Below, one piece after another: positions 25,452 to 37,426 of a stretch of DNA of 57,449 nt. Source of the stretch: Chiloscyllium plagiosum (taxonomy: Eukaryota); NCBI RefSeq assembly GCF_004010195.1, contig NC_057751.1:17193090-17250538 (forward strand). The letters are read 5' to 3'. Every line of letters starts with the position of its first letter. Within the stretch, counting starts at the first letter, position 1. The translations under genes and the position numbers were made by a program. The notes below the pieces were generated by a model. It was not told where the DNA came from. It was given only the letters and a program-made list of their open reading frames with translations, and searched no databases.

Positions 25452-26170
25452 TGTTTTCACATGTGGTTAACTCTTTTTTTTGAATGAAAAGCATAGAACA
25501 GCTTAACTTACCCCGTAATCTGTTAAAGCAGAAGAGACAGACAACAACCCAAATTCCAATATTTTAAAACAAAACGAGCAACTTTATTCTTTAACTCCAT
25601 GAAAAAAACTTTCTACAGATGTAAAACCCCTTTCTCTCAAAGATTGGTTATCTACCTCCCATCACATAGCAACATATTACCCAATAAACCCGAATAAATT
25701 TGCAGCAAATCAGTTTTCAATACCCTATCACGGGTGTCGCCTTCGAGTGTCGAACTTCCTCTATTTGCAGATGTCCCTGGCTCGTCTTTGGTCTTCTTCT
25801 GCACACTGTTTTTGCAAGGAAAAAGTTACCTTTTCGAGAGAAGGGTTGCAGGCAGTCTGCATGACAATGGCAGGTGGTGCTCTTCTTTGGCTAACTGCCC
25901 AAAATTCCTGCTTTTTATAACCTAAACATCGGATTGTCTCAATGGTTCGATGTTGTCAAAACAGTAAAAGTGAAAATCGGTTAGGTTTATTATTTTGGAG
26001 CTTAATTTCAACTGATAGGCTGAATTCGCCCTACTGTGAAACCAAGTCAATACCTAAGGAACAGCCAAAATGTTACATCGTTAAATATTCCATCACATTT
26101 TGCGACATGCACGTTTTGCCAGCTTTTACTTTGTGTAAAACGTTCAGTACATGGCTTCAACTTCATAACA
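25452..26170 (-). repeat. 5' LTR of the Gmr1-like element
   Basis: TG...CA termini (tgttttcac.../...ttcataaca), collinear but divergent similarity to 20045-20688. Confidence 0.7.
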
Positions 26171-26231
26171 CAAATGTCCTGTTAGGTAGAACAACAGTTA
26201 TTTTAACATTTTCAGGTAACCTGGCATTTAC

Positions 26232-26401
26232 TCAAGTGCCTGTATTTTGCAATTCGAGTTATTCAGAACCGTAAACGGTAGGTTCACTTCTGTATCTCCC
26301 AGTTTATTGTTACCTTGATTCAGATCCTTCAGTGACTGGTTTCTCCCGAGAGTCGAGGCAAGCTCCTCACCACAAACATCATGATACCATTGTTGAAGAG
26401 T
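26232..26401 (-). pseudogene. NLR pseudogene, ribonuclease-inhibitor-type LRR exon (170 nt, 1-nt deletion from the canonical 171)
   Basis: cctcag|A..GA|gtaaat. With one frameshift it translates LFNNGI/DVCGEELASTLGRNQSLKDLNQGNNKLGDTEVNLPFTVLNNSNCKIQAL. Confidence 0.88.
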
Positions 26402-26557
26402 CTGAGGATCAGATACAAATACGAAAGGGAATCAGATAATAAAAGCATAATAAGAACAAATCCCAGTGAATGCTGATAACTCTGCGCTTAATATCAGTAA
26501 TAATACGAAGTGACAAACATTCAGTTATTAAAAATACACATTCAATCAGGTAGTTAT

Positions 26558-26644
26558 GGCAATTTTTGTTTCCTACAGTCTGGATTTCTTAGAGTCACAA
26601 AGAATACGTTCACTCCTGAATCTCCCAGTTCATTGTAACCCAAT
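26558..26644 (-). pseudogene. NLR pseudogene, 87-nt LRR exon with mutated donor
   Basis: tttgtttag|A TTG GGT TAC AAT GAA CTG GGA GAT TCA GGA GTG... = LGYNELGDSGVNVFFVTLRNPDCRKQKL. The donor reads ataact instead of gtaact. Confidence 0.88.
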
Positions 26645-27978
26645 CTAAACAAATGGAATGAGAAGCAAGCCGAATTAAACAACCCTTCTGATAATGCTAT
26701 TTTTGCTTTTGCAGACAGAAGAATACATATCGATACAGAAAAATTAAGTTTGCAAAATGAATGGACTAGGTTTCTCCATCGTTGACAATGAATTTTCCTC
26801 TGTTCAACTATGTTCAGTGACGCAGAGTAAATAAACTGCTGCCTCTAAAAAGCCCCAGTCTTCTCTTATTCCCTCGAGAATCATAATTGATGGCTGTTGG
26901 TTTTCACTGTTTGTTAAAGCTACACTCGCAGGTGGTTCCAACAGGCTTTATGTTCCAGTAAATTCAGATAATCACTGGTCAAAAAAATTCACAAACATTC
27001 CTTTCGAGAAGTATCTCAAATGTTAAATGAATTGTAAGAAATACCTGGTGACAATCGCTGCACTCTGCCCAGGTTCTGCCCACGGTGAGTGAAGCCTTGC
27101 CACTCTCTGCTGTGTGCCCGTTCTCAAGGGTTAATGTGTCCCAATAGTTTAACTTTTAGGGTTTAGTATTCTAGACTCTGAACCCTGAAGATTGTGATGA
27201 AACAATTTGCCCTTTTACCAAGCCAAAATTCATCCCTTGACAAGACACACCCAAATAAATTAAGTGAGCAAGGATTACGAATGTAAATTCAAATTGTTTT
27301 TCTCATTTTAAGCAAAATGGCAGTTGAGAAAAACGCTTTACCCTTTTTTGTTAGCGTTTACACTGTACAGGTACAGAATAGTTTGTTTTTATCTGGCACC
27401 TTATGAACAAGCACTCGTGCAACACCAGCAAACACTTTACCCCGAAATGACTGATGTTTACTGTATTAGCACCATCTCCATGTATTCACTCAAGGTGCTC
27501 TCTACCGTTAGGTTTTTTTTAAAGGCAAAGGTTTTTCATTACTTCAGGAGACTTATGACATAAGTAACGTACACCAGTGACGTGTACACTCCATGCATTA
27601 TGTTTCTTTTACACATTGTGTCCTGTTACACTTTGTGGACCACTTTATAAACAGGCGTAAGTACCAGTTATTGAAAAAAGTTAGTTGTATTTATTTTCCT
27701 GCATCGAGCCTTAATAGCTGAATTACAACAAAATCGCACAGATCAGCCACTCCCCGTGATCTCTACTTGCTGATTGAACACAGATATTAAAATCCCCACT
27801 AATCTTTAAAGTCCTGACAAAATTTCGAACTGAGTCCTCACTCAGCATTCCATTTGATACGGTTCGTTTTGAATCTGCTCCGTTATATAACCGAGCAGTC
27901 CATTCCTTTTATGATGGAGCAACAATATAATGCACGTCCGTTCATAAGCTCATCCACCTGTTAGACATCAGGAATTAC

Positions 27979-28320
27979 TTCAATGCCTGGCATTTGTTCA
28001 AACACATCCTGGTCATTGTAGACCTTCACAACCAATGATGCAACTTTTTAAATCAAGGGGTTTTACTGTCGCACAGAGATCAATGGCCTGGAATGGGATC
28101 AGAAATTCAATCGGGGAGAGTTGTAACTAGCTAACCCAAGTGTTTGCATAGATCTCACTGTGGTCTGAGCCAGCTCTGTATTCTCAGACTCAAATAGATA
28201 GTGACATATGTTCACGAGGTTCCTCCTTACTCTTTCAGTTTTGATATTTCCAAACTGTGCTTTTTACTTCTCGTTCACACAGTCAATCAGGCAACAGTTT
28301 GTTTGATGAAACAATGTACT
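27979..28320 (-). pseudogene. NLR pseudogene, 3' end of the large NACHT/HD2 exon
   Basis: FHQTNCCLIDCVNEK*KAQFGN..RRNLVNICHYLFESENTELAQTTVRSMQTL/LQLSPIE..IDLCATVKPLDLKSCIIGCEGLQ*../NKCQAL, then donor gtaatt at 27978. Phase 2, compatible with the next exon. Truncated upstream by the Rex1 element. Confidence 0.85.
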
Positions 28321-28329
28321 GATAAAAGG

Positions 28330-30740
28330 CATGATACAGTCTTGACACTAAACTGCTAAGCACGCCATCTCTTTCCTATAATCCGTCTCGTCGTTGTTTG
28401 AGATCTGGTCTGCACAGCGGGTTCACACAGCTACTAATTTGGCACTGGAATTCATGCAGAGTTTGCCTGCACAGTCATGTGTATGCCTTGCTGGGCACAA
28501 GTGTTGAGGATTATCACAGAGAAAGCATTATCGTTCACACTCACTGGCTGTGGCCTGTTAGTGTGGAAGTCGAGAATCCATCTGGAGAGGCAGGAGTAGA
28601 GATCTAGATCCCGGTGTTTCGAGTTGAGCTTGTTTGGAATTGTGGTATTGAAGGTGGAACTCCAGTCAATAAGTAGAAGCTGATATCAATATCTTTGTTG
28701 GGAGAACTGAGGACTGCAGATGCTGGTGGGCAGAGCCGAAAGTGTGGTGCTGGAAAAAGCATAGCAGGTTAGGCAGCATCCGAGGAGTTCGGAAATCGAC
28801 ATTTTGGATATACGACCTTCCTGAAGAAGTGCTTTTGACCGAAATGTCGATTCCCCTGCTTCATCAGTATCATTCTTGTCCAGACTTCCGGATGTGAGCG
28901 TGGGGCGAGCAAGACTGCATCTGCAATGGATATGTTCGCGTGGGCGAATTACAAGGGATCAAGGTAATCCGGAAGGCCAACCTTTCGAATCATTTCATAA
29001 TTATAGATGTCAGAGCTACTGTGTGGTTGTCGGTGAGGTGCACTTTATGACTTTTGCTTGGCACTTGTATTATTGTTGTCCCCGAGAAGTATCTGGAATC
29101 ATCAGGCCGTATTAAAAAGAGGTTAATGATTCTGTAAATTCTCAGACTTTGTGTAGCATGTGAGTACATGGCCGGAAACCTCTTCTGGACCCTGTCGCTT
29201 TCCATGGGTTTCGTATGAAGAAGGCAGATCGAACGTCTGTGGTAATGTCTTAATGTACAACTGAGTCCGAAGCTGCTGGGGCACGTGGCGTCATTTCACT
29301 GCCCTTCTGTTCAAAGCGAGCATAGAATGCACAGAGCTCATCGTGCAGGAATACCCTGTTGCCCGTGATACTTTTTAAAAATCGCTTTCTGACCTCATGC
29401 ACAGTTTGGGATTGCCGCATGGCGTTCATGATGACCTTGCTCATGTCGAGCCTGCGTTCCCTCTATATGTCAGGGTCAACCAACATAACCAACTCAGCTG
29501 TTGGCTTCACTATGGACTGCATTCTTCAGTTCAATCATGGTTTCTAGTTGAGGGATGTCCAGATCAACTTCACTGGCATGCAGTCATCTCCAAGTCTGCT
29601 GATAAAGTCTGTAACAATAGTGGCATACACGTTTAGGTTTTCTGCGGGTTTCTTGATCATGGACCTGTCCCTGATTCTCAGCAGTTCCATTGAATCACTT
29701 TTGCTTCCTCAGATCAACACTGTACTGATTTTTCACGCCACAATTTCTGCTTGGAAGCCGGGATTAGAAGGACAGTGATGTGATCTGATGTTTATAAATG
29801 CGCATTTAGAATGGAGAGTTAGACATCTTTAATGGTTGTAGCCATCTTTGATGGTCAAAGATGTTTGGACCTCTGTTCAGACAAGACATTTCTATTTACT
29901 ACTCTAGTAACACATTTTTGAGATTGACCTGTTTGAAGTCATTAACTGTGATCAACGAGACGTCCGGTTATTCCATCTCAAGACTGTTTTTAATGTTGTA
30001 TACTTCATCAAGCACATTCTTCCCTTACACATAGGGTGGAGTATAGACCGCTTTTGGGATACCAGAGGTAAGCACGCATGGTAGGTAGTAGGTATAGTAC
30101 TCTACTGGAAGGTACTTAGGTTCAGGTCGCAGTACCTCACCAGCATCGACATGGCTGAGCACAAAGTGGCGTTGATTAAAAGGTAGAAACCACAGCCCCT
30201 TTACTTGCCTGAGGACACTAAGCAGTCATTTTTTTGAACTGACAGTCAGGTGTATCCGTGGTCTGCCATGTCTCTGCGCAACAGAGCATCCAAAAGTCTC
30301 GCAATTCCCTTTTGAAAGTAAGTCTATCCTTAAGGTCATCCATCTTTATGTCCTTAGTTTGGACCTTTCTCAGTTATCGCCTCGGGACAAGACAGGTTTG
30401 GAAATCTAGAAGTTTCAAAGTCAACTGACGTCCAGCGTGGCTCGTAACTTCCCTGTGTGAGTGGGTGCTCCCAGTTGAACCCGCATGGTGGTGAGTGAAG
30501 TCAGCTTGTCTGAGAAGTACATAAGTGCTCCGATGGGCGCTGGGCTCTGAAGCTCTTTTGTGTCAGGCGTCAGTGAGGGAAACGTGAAGCTTCAGAAAGG
30601 AAGCGAGTGCATCTGGTGGCTTCGTGGGCAACAGTGTTATGAGGATTCGATCTGGTTGGGCCGCGTTGATGTCTTGTCACCATCGGGTGAGCTCTCATTC
30701 CCAAGCTGATCGGGTTGCGGTTGCAGGTTTATAGAAGGAG
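28330..30740 (-). mobile_element. Decayed Rex1/Babar-clade LINE
   Basis: VALTSIIMK*FERL, LHDELCAFYARFE and AP-endonuclease-like DFKQVNLKNVL..RGPNIFDH motifs on -. Confidence 0.72.
28700..28862. mobile_element. Penelope-like pLTR fragment with inversion
   Basis: Same family as 165-324. Inverted ggaaatcgacattt / gaaatgtcgattccc around a degenerate ctgaagaagtgcttttgaccgaaatgtc hammerhead motif. Confidence 0.6.
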
Positions 30741-31739
30741 ACAAAAGCATAAGGTGCTAGAAAGGTTGTGCAGCATCTGTGAATGAGAAATAAACGTTAA
30801 TATTGTGGGACCGGTCACCCGTCCTCAGCACTTTACAGCCTGTGCAGTTCTTCCAATTTGTATTTCATATTTGCACGGGGACGTCAGTCTTATGCTTTCA
30901 CCATTGGTATTCGCTTCTTGTCGATCAGACGGCTTTCAGACCTGCAAATATATGTGACATCTGTAAGAATGCTGTAGACCACTCCCAAAGTGTCACCATG
31001 TTCTGGCACCATTTTGGATAAGTCAGGATTATTGATTGAAAACATCAAATTGTTGAGACCTAACTGAGTTTTGTTCTGGTTTGGAAATCTGTTAAACTTT
31101 CTCCAAATGCCTGGTGAAGATGGGGGAGGGGAGGTGGTTGTGCTCTTAAATCTTGCCAAGTAATCCAAAATTCAAGCTAATTTTCTCTTGCATTTACTTT
31201 CTCGATAGCAGATGGCAAAATTTGGAATAAATTAACTAATAAATTAGAATAGCTCAGCGTCAAACATTCAAACACTGTGGGTTTCTGAAAAGGAAGTAAC
31301 AGTTCCCTAATATCCTCTGTGGATGTAAAAGTGTCACCATAGCCTTGTTTTATTTAAACTTCAAATCCACAGCCATGTGGTTGCATGCTAACTATCCTCA
31401 GAGAAATGCAGGATGAACAATAAATGTCAGCTTTGGCATTGTCAACCGTTGCCCATGAACAATTGTTGTTAATATCAGTTTATTGACTGAAGGCGGTTAA
31501 ATCACTCAAATGATCCTTCAGTCGAAATGGAAGTGAATGCACATTGGGCTTCACCGAATGAAATCTCTCAATCTGTTCATCAGAATGCTTCCTCAGCTTG
31601 CTTAGGAGAGGCAGGCTAATCGCTATTAATTACTAGTGGTTCTGTTTTGTCATCAGAATTGCTAGAGAAAAACGAATTAATTAAATACAGCCAGTCATTC
31701 AGTCCTAGAAAATAAACCCGACAAATACTGGAAACCATG

Positions 31740-32630
31740 GCAGAAAAGCAGAAAGCTGGAAGTTCAGAGCAAGCCAGGCAGCATCAGGAAGGGGCAAAGT
31801 CAACATATGGGCCTCAATCCTTCTTCAAAACTGGGGGGGGGGGGGGTCTAGGGGAACTACAGATGAAAGGAGTGAGAGGCAGGGTGGTGAGGTGGGCAGA
31901 TGTAAATACGGGTAGACGGTAGGACCTGGCTGATCGATGGGAGGAATTAATCCCGTTGGTGCCGAAATGAAGGGTCGATGAGAAGAATGGAAGAGAAGGG
32001 GGACAGTCTGGGAAGGGAGTCGGGTGATGGGAAGGGAGGTTATTTTAAATTGGAGAACTCAATGTTGAGCCCTGCGGGCTTTGTTTTCCCCAGGTAAAAG
32101 ATGAGGTGCCGTTCCTCGAATTTTTGTTTTGATTCTTTGTGGCCAAGGAGGAGGGCAAAGATGGTCATGTCGGAAATAGAGTGGGAAGCGGAATTAAAAT
32201 GTACAGCGACTGGGAAGTAATGTCAGCGCTTGTCAGGCTGGCTGAGATTCTCAGCTAATAGATTCCCTTGTTGACATTTGGTCTTCCCGATGTAGAAAAG
32301 AGTACATTGGGAGCACCAGATACAGTAAACTGGTTTGGAGGAGACGCAGATAAACCTCTGTCTCACCTGGAAGGACTGTTCGGATTTTTGCATGTCGGGG
32401 ATGGATGTAGTGTGCTGACAGGATTTGCAGCTTTTCTGGTTGCAGATGAAAGTGCCATCACGTGATTACGTTCCCAGCCTCTGCCTGTTCCCTTCCAGTT
32501 CCCTCATCGATGATTCATGCTCGCCACCGACTATATTCAGTCATCCCATCGACCAACCATTTCGTAGCCTCTTCTTAAGTTCACCTGTTTCCACCTCATC
32601 ATCCTGCCCACCCAACCCCTTTCTCTGCAG
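31740..32630 (-). mobile_element. Penelope-like element 3' part (GIY-YIG end plus pLTR) with inverted segment
   Basis: - strand KFEERHLIFYLGKTKPAGLNIEFSNL (~32045-32125), homologous to 14813-14890. 32470-32630 is inverted relative to 31850-32030. Confidence 0.7.
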
Positions 32631-33194
32631 TCATAGAGTCATACAGCATGGAATCATGACGATCATGTTCCCAACTTAATCACCTGCCTTTACAGGAAAT
32701 GAACTAAATGCCCTTTAATCTTTCTTAGTTTATCTGCATCCACGCCCGTTCCTTGACAGTATATTCTACACACGAACCACTCTCTGTGAAAACAATTGCC
32801 CGTCATGTTCGCTTGAAATCTTTCTCCTCTCACCTTAAAAAAGATACATCATATAGTTTGGAACCCACCCCACCAAAAGGCAAAGTCAGTTCTCATATAT
32901 CTTTTTCATGCCCCGCATAATTAGATAAACCTCAATAAATTCAGCTCTCAAACAACTACTCCGCTGCCTTGCTGGTCTACTTGAAACAGAAAACCTCTTC
33001 ACTTCATAAAACCGAGCATCGTTACGTTATCAATTGCAAAATTGCAAAAACCATAAAAGGAATATTTCACTTCGTGAGTCACAAATTCACTTTGAAAGTG
33101 ATATTTTATTTTCATTTGAAACTGGATGAAAAGTATTTGTATTGATTAATCTCAGGAAAAGCATGGAAAACTCTGTTGTGTTTTGTTTAATTGA

Positions 33195-36100
33195 ACATAC
33201 AACATAGAACAGAGAACAACACAGCACAGAAAAGGTCCTTTGGCCCTCAATGTTGCTGCACCCGTGAACTATTCTCAGCCCACCCCCCTACTCTATCCCA
33301 AAATCATCTACGTGCTTATCTAAGGATTGTTTAAATCTCTCTAATGTGTCTGAGATAACTACATTAGCAGGTAGGGCATTCCACGCCCATACCACTTTCT
33401 GCGTAAAGAATCTGCCTCTGATATCTGCCTTAAATCTGTCATCCCTCAATTTGTAGTTATGCCCCCTCGTACACGCTGATGTCATCATCCTAGGTAAAAG
33501 AATTTCACTGTCTACCCTATCTAATCCTCTAATCATTTTGTATGTCTCTACCAAATCCCCTCTTAGCCTTCTTCTTGTCAATGAGAACAGGTTCAAGTCT
33601 CACAACTTTTCCTCACAAGACCATCCCTCCAGACCAGGCAACAGCCTTGTAAATCTTCTCTGCACATTTTGCAATGCTTCCACATCCTTCCCGAAATATG
33701 GGGACCAGAACTGTGCACAATATTCCAAGTACGGCCACACTTGCGTTTTGTATATTTGCACATGATATTGTGACTCCAGAACTCAATCCCTCTACCAATG
33801 AAACGTAACACACCGTATGCCTCCTTGACAGCACTTTCCATCTGGGTGGAAACTTTTAGGGATGTATGTACATGGAATCCGAGATCCCTCTGCACATCCA
33901 CACTACCGAGAATCTTTCCATTGACCCAGTACTCTGCCTTCCTGTTATGATTCCCAAAGTGCATCAACTCACATTTAGCTGCATTGAATTCCACTTGCCA
34001 CCTCTCAGCCCAATTCTTCAGTTTATGCAAGTCTTCCTGCAACCTGTAACATTCTTCCAAACTGTCCACTACTCCACCGACTTTAGGGTCTGAAAAGTTA
34101 CTAAGCCATCCACCTATGCCTGCATCTAAGTCATTTATAAAAATGACAAACAGCAGTGATCCCAAAACAGATCCTTGTGGCACACCACTAGTAACCTGAC
34201 TCCAGGCTGAAAATGTGCCATCAACCACCACTCGCTGCCTTCTCTCAGAAAGCCAGTTTCTAATCTAAACTGCTAAACCACCCTCAATTCCATGCCTCTG
34301 CATTTTCTCCAACAGCCTACCATGTGGAACCTTATCAAAGGCTTTCCTGAAGTCCATGTATACCATGTCAACTGCCCTAGCCTCATCTACATGCTTGGTC
34401 ACCTGCTCAAAACCTCAATGAGATTTGTGAGACATGACCTGCCCTTAACGAAACCATGTTGACTATCTGAAATCAAATCGCTGCTTGATAGATGATTATA
34501 AATGTTATCATTTCCAAAACCTTTCCTACAACAAACGTAATCTTCACTGGTCTCTACCTACCTGGGACAGCTCTACTGCCATTCTTGAACATTTGCAATC
34601 CTCCAGTCCTCTGGTACAAAACCTGTAGACAATAACGACTCAAATATCCAAGACAAAGCCTCTGTGACCTCCTCGCTAGCTTCCCAGAGAATCCTCGGAT
34701 AAATCCCATCCGGCCCTGCGGGCTTGTCTACTTTCACGCCTTCTAGCATTGATAACACCTGTGCGTAACTAACCTCGATCCTTTCTAGTCTGAAATCTCG
34801 TACATCATTCTTCTCCTCTACAATATTATCCTTTTCCTGAGTGAAAACCGATGACAAATTTTCCTTTAGCACCTCTCCAATCTCCACAGGGTCCACACTC
34901 AACTTTCCACTTTTGTCTTTGATTGGCCCTATTCCTACCCTAATCATCATTTTATTCCTCACATACCTTTAGAAAACTTTAGGGTTCTCCTTTATTCTAT
35001 TTGCTTAGGACTGCTCGTGTCCTCTCTGCTCTTCTTAACGCCCTCGTTAAATTCTTCCCAGCTGATCTGTAACTCTCCATCTCCTCATCTGTACCATCTT
35101 GCCTCATGAACACATTAGCTTCCTTCTTCTTCGTAACAATACATGCAATTTCTGTCATAAACAACGGTTCCATTACCTTATCACTTCCTCCCTGCCTGAC
35201 AGGGACATACGTATCAAGGACATGCAATATCTGCTCCTTAAACCAGCTCCACATTTCCATTAGAACATAGAACATAGAACATAGAAGAATACAGCGCAGT
35301 ACAGGCCCTTCGGCCCTCGATGTTGCGCCGATCCAAGCCCACCTAACCTACACTAGCCCACTATCCTCCATATGCCTATCCAATGCCCACTTAAATGCCC
35401 ATAATGAGGGAGAGTCCACCACTGCTACTGGCAGGGCATTCCATGAACTCACAACTCGCTGAGTAAAGAACCTACCCCTAACATCTGTCCGAAACCTACC
35501 CCCCCTTAATTTAAAGCTATGCCCCCTCATAATAGCTGACTCCATACGAGGAAAAAGATTCTCACTGTCGACCCTATCTAAACCCCTAATCATCTTATAC
35601 ACCTCTATCACTCCGGAACTCAATTCCTCTTCCAATAAAAGCCAGTACGCCATATGCCTTCCTCACCGCACTATTTACCTGGGTGGCAACTTTCAGAGAT
35701 CTGTGTACATGGACACCAAGATCCCTCTGCTCATCCACACTACCAAGTTTCCGACCATTAGCCCAGTACCCCATCTTTTTGTTATTCTTCCCAAAGTGAA
35801 TCACCTCACATTTAGCTACATTGAATTCCATTTGCCACCTTTCTGCCCAGCTCTGCAGCTTCTCTATATCCTGCTGTAACCTGCCACATGCTTCCTCACT
35901 GTCAACAACTCCTCCGACTTTCGTGTCATCCGCAAACTTGCTCACCCAACTTTCTAACCCCTCCTCCAGGTCATTTATAAAAATGACAAACAGCAATGGT
36001 CCCAAAACAGATCCTTGCGGAACACCGATGGTGACGGCACTACAAGATGAACCTTTGCCATCAACTACTACCCTCTGTCTTCTTCCAGCCAGCCAACTCC

Positions 36101-37335
36101 TAATCCAAACCTCCAACTCACCCTCAATGCCATACCTCCGTATTTTTTGCAGTAGTCTGCATCCCCTGCATTTTGCTACCCCATTCGATGCATCCTAATT
36201 CTTGTGTAATCGCATTATAATTGCCCTTGCCACATCGATAAGTCTTGACCTGTGGCTCGTACCTATCCCTTTCCATCGCTAATCGAAACGTAACTGAATT
36301 ATGCTCACTCTCTCTAAAGTGCTCACCTGCAACTAAATCAAACACCTGGCCTGTTTCACTACCAAGCGCCAGACCCAGCGTGGCCTCCCCTCTTGCCTGC
36401 TGTTCAACATACCTTGTCAGGAAGCCCTCCTGTGCACATTGAATCACCTTGCCTGTTCTTAACAAAATATCTAAACCCTGGCATCTACAACATCCATTCC
36501 TCACCCTGCTCCATCCATGTCTCCGAAATGGCAACAACATCGACGTCCCAGGTACCTATCCATGTTGCAAGCTCACCTCCCTTAATTCGGGTACTTCTGG
36601 CGTTGAAGTAGACACACTTCAAACTACTTCGTTGTCTGCCAGCACATTCCTGTGACCCGGAAATCCTGTCCCTGTTCTTCCTACTCTCATCCTCCTGTGC
36701 ACTGCAACTACTCCTCTGGTTCCCATCCTCCTGCTGAGCTAGTTTTAACCCACTTGAATAGCACCAACAAATTTCCCACGCAGAATATATGTGCCCCTCT
36801 TGTACAAGTGAAGTCTGCCCTGTTTGTACAGGTCCCACCTTCCCCAGAATGAGCACCAATTATGAAAGAACCTGAAACCCTCCCTCCTGCAACATCCTTG
36901 CAGCAACGTGTTCAGCTGATATCTCTCCCTATTCCTTGCCTCACTATCACGTGGCACGGATAACAGACCAGAGATAACAACTCTCTTTGTTCTAGCTCTC
37001 AGCTTCCATGCAAGTTCCCTGAAATCCTGCCTTACATCGCTATCCCTCTTTCTACCTATGTCTTTGGTACCTACATGGAAAACGACTTGAGGCTGGTCAC
37101 CTTCACCGTTCGGGACCCCAAAGATACGATCCGAGACATCACGGAACTTGGCACCTGGGAGGCGACACACCACCCGCGAGTCTCGTTCGTTCCCAACAAA
37201 CCTTCTATCTGAGCCTCTAAATATCGAGTACCCAAATGACTAACACTCTCTTTCTTTCCCTACTTCCTTCTGTGCAACAGGGACAAGATCTGAGCCCCAC
37301 TACATACTTCTCGTAAGTCGTCCCCCTCAACCGTG
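33195..37335 (-). mobile_element. Near full-length CR1 LINE (ORF1 esterase region, ORF2 endonuclease and RT), decayed
   Basis: ORF1 SGNH-like LPGAKFRDV..VVFHVGTKDIG (36745-37173), endonuclease YFNARS..VVAISETW, RT SGVPQGSVLG, and a (ttctatg)-like tail at ~33195-33215. Confidence 0.9.
35262..36155 (-). mobile_element. Young CR1 LINE nested within the older CR1, 5'-truncated and internally deleted
   Basis: GVPQGSVLGPLLFVIFINDL..SKFADDTKVGG; (ttctatg)n tail; 3' end nearly identical to 3012-3227. Confidence 0.9.
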
Positions 37336-37426
37336 AAGGATCATATGTTATGGAGAATGACTGCTTGACTAGTATTCATGTAATGAAAGTTTGAAAACAC
37401 TAATTGCCACCAACCTCTTGACATTT

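Larger units (their letters stand above)
20045..26170 (-). mobile_element. Decayed Gmr1-like Gypsy LTR retrotransposon (gag - INT - RT - RNase H)
   Basis: On -: gag (DYADVKQAIL..VPE, ~23650-23990), integrase Zn finger and core (FYWLGMQKDVVNFC..C; YLLTIVEVFTRFLEVIPL, 22858-23384), GPY motif (KARFSGPY, ~22450), RT (KLDLLRGYWQVPL; MPFGLKNKPATFQRL, 21650-21900), then RNase H (~21000-21400). Confidence 0.88.

Noticed and set aside
20039..26176. Target-site duplication around the Gypsy element
   Set aside because: The flanks (ttcc and caaa) do not match. The site is too old or rearranged, so no TSD is claimed.
30890..31168. Continuation of the NLR NACHT exon beyond the Rex1 insertion
   Set aside because: Only a 4-residue FAGL match was seen, which is insufficient.
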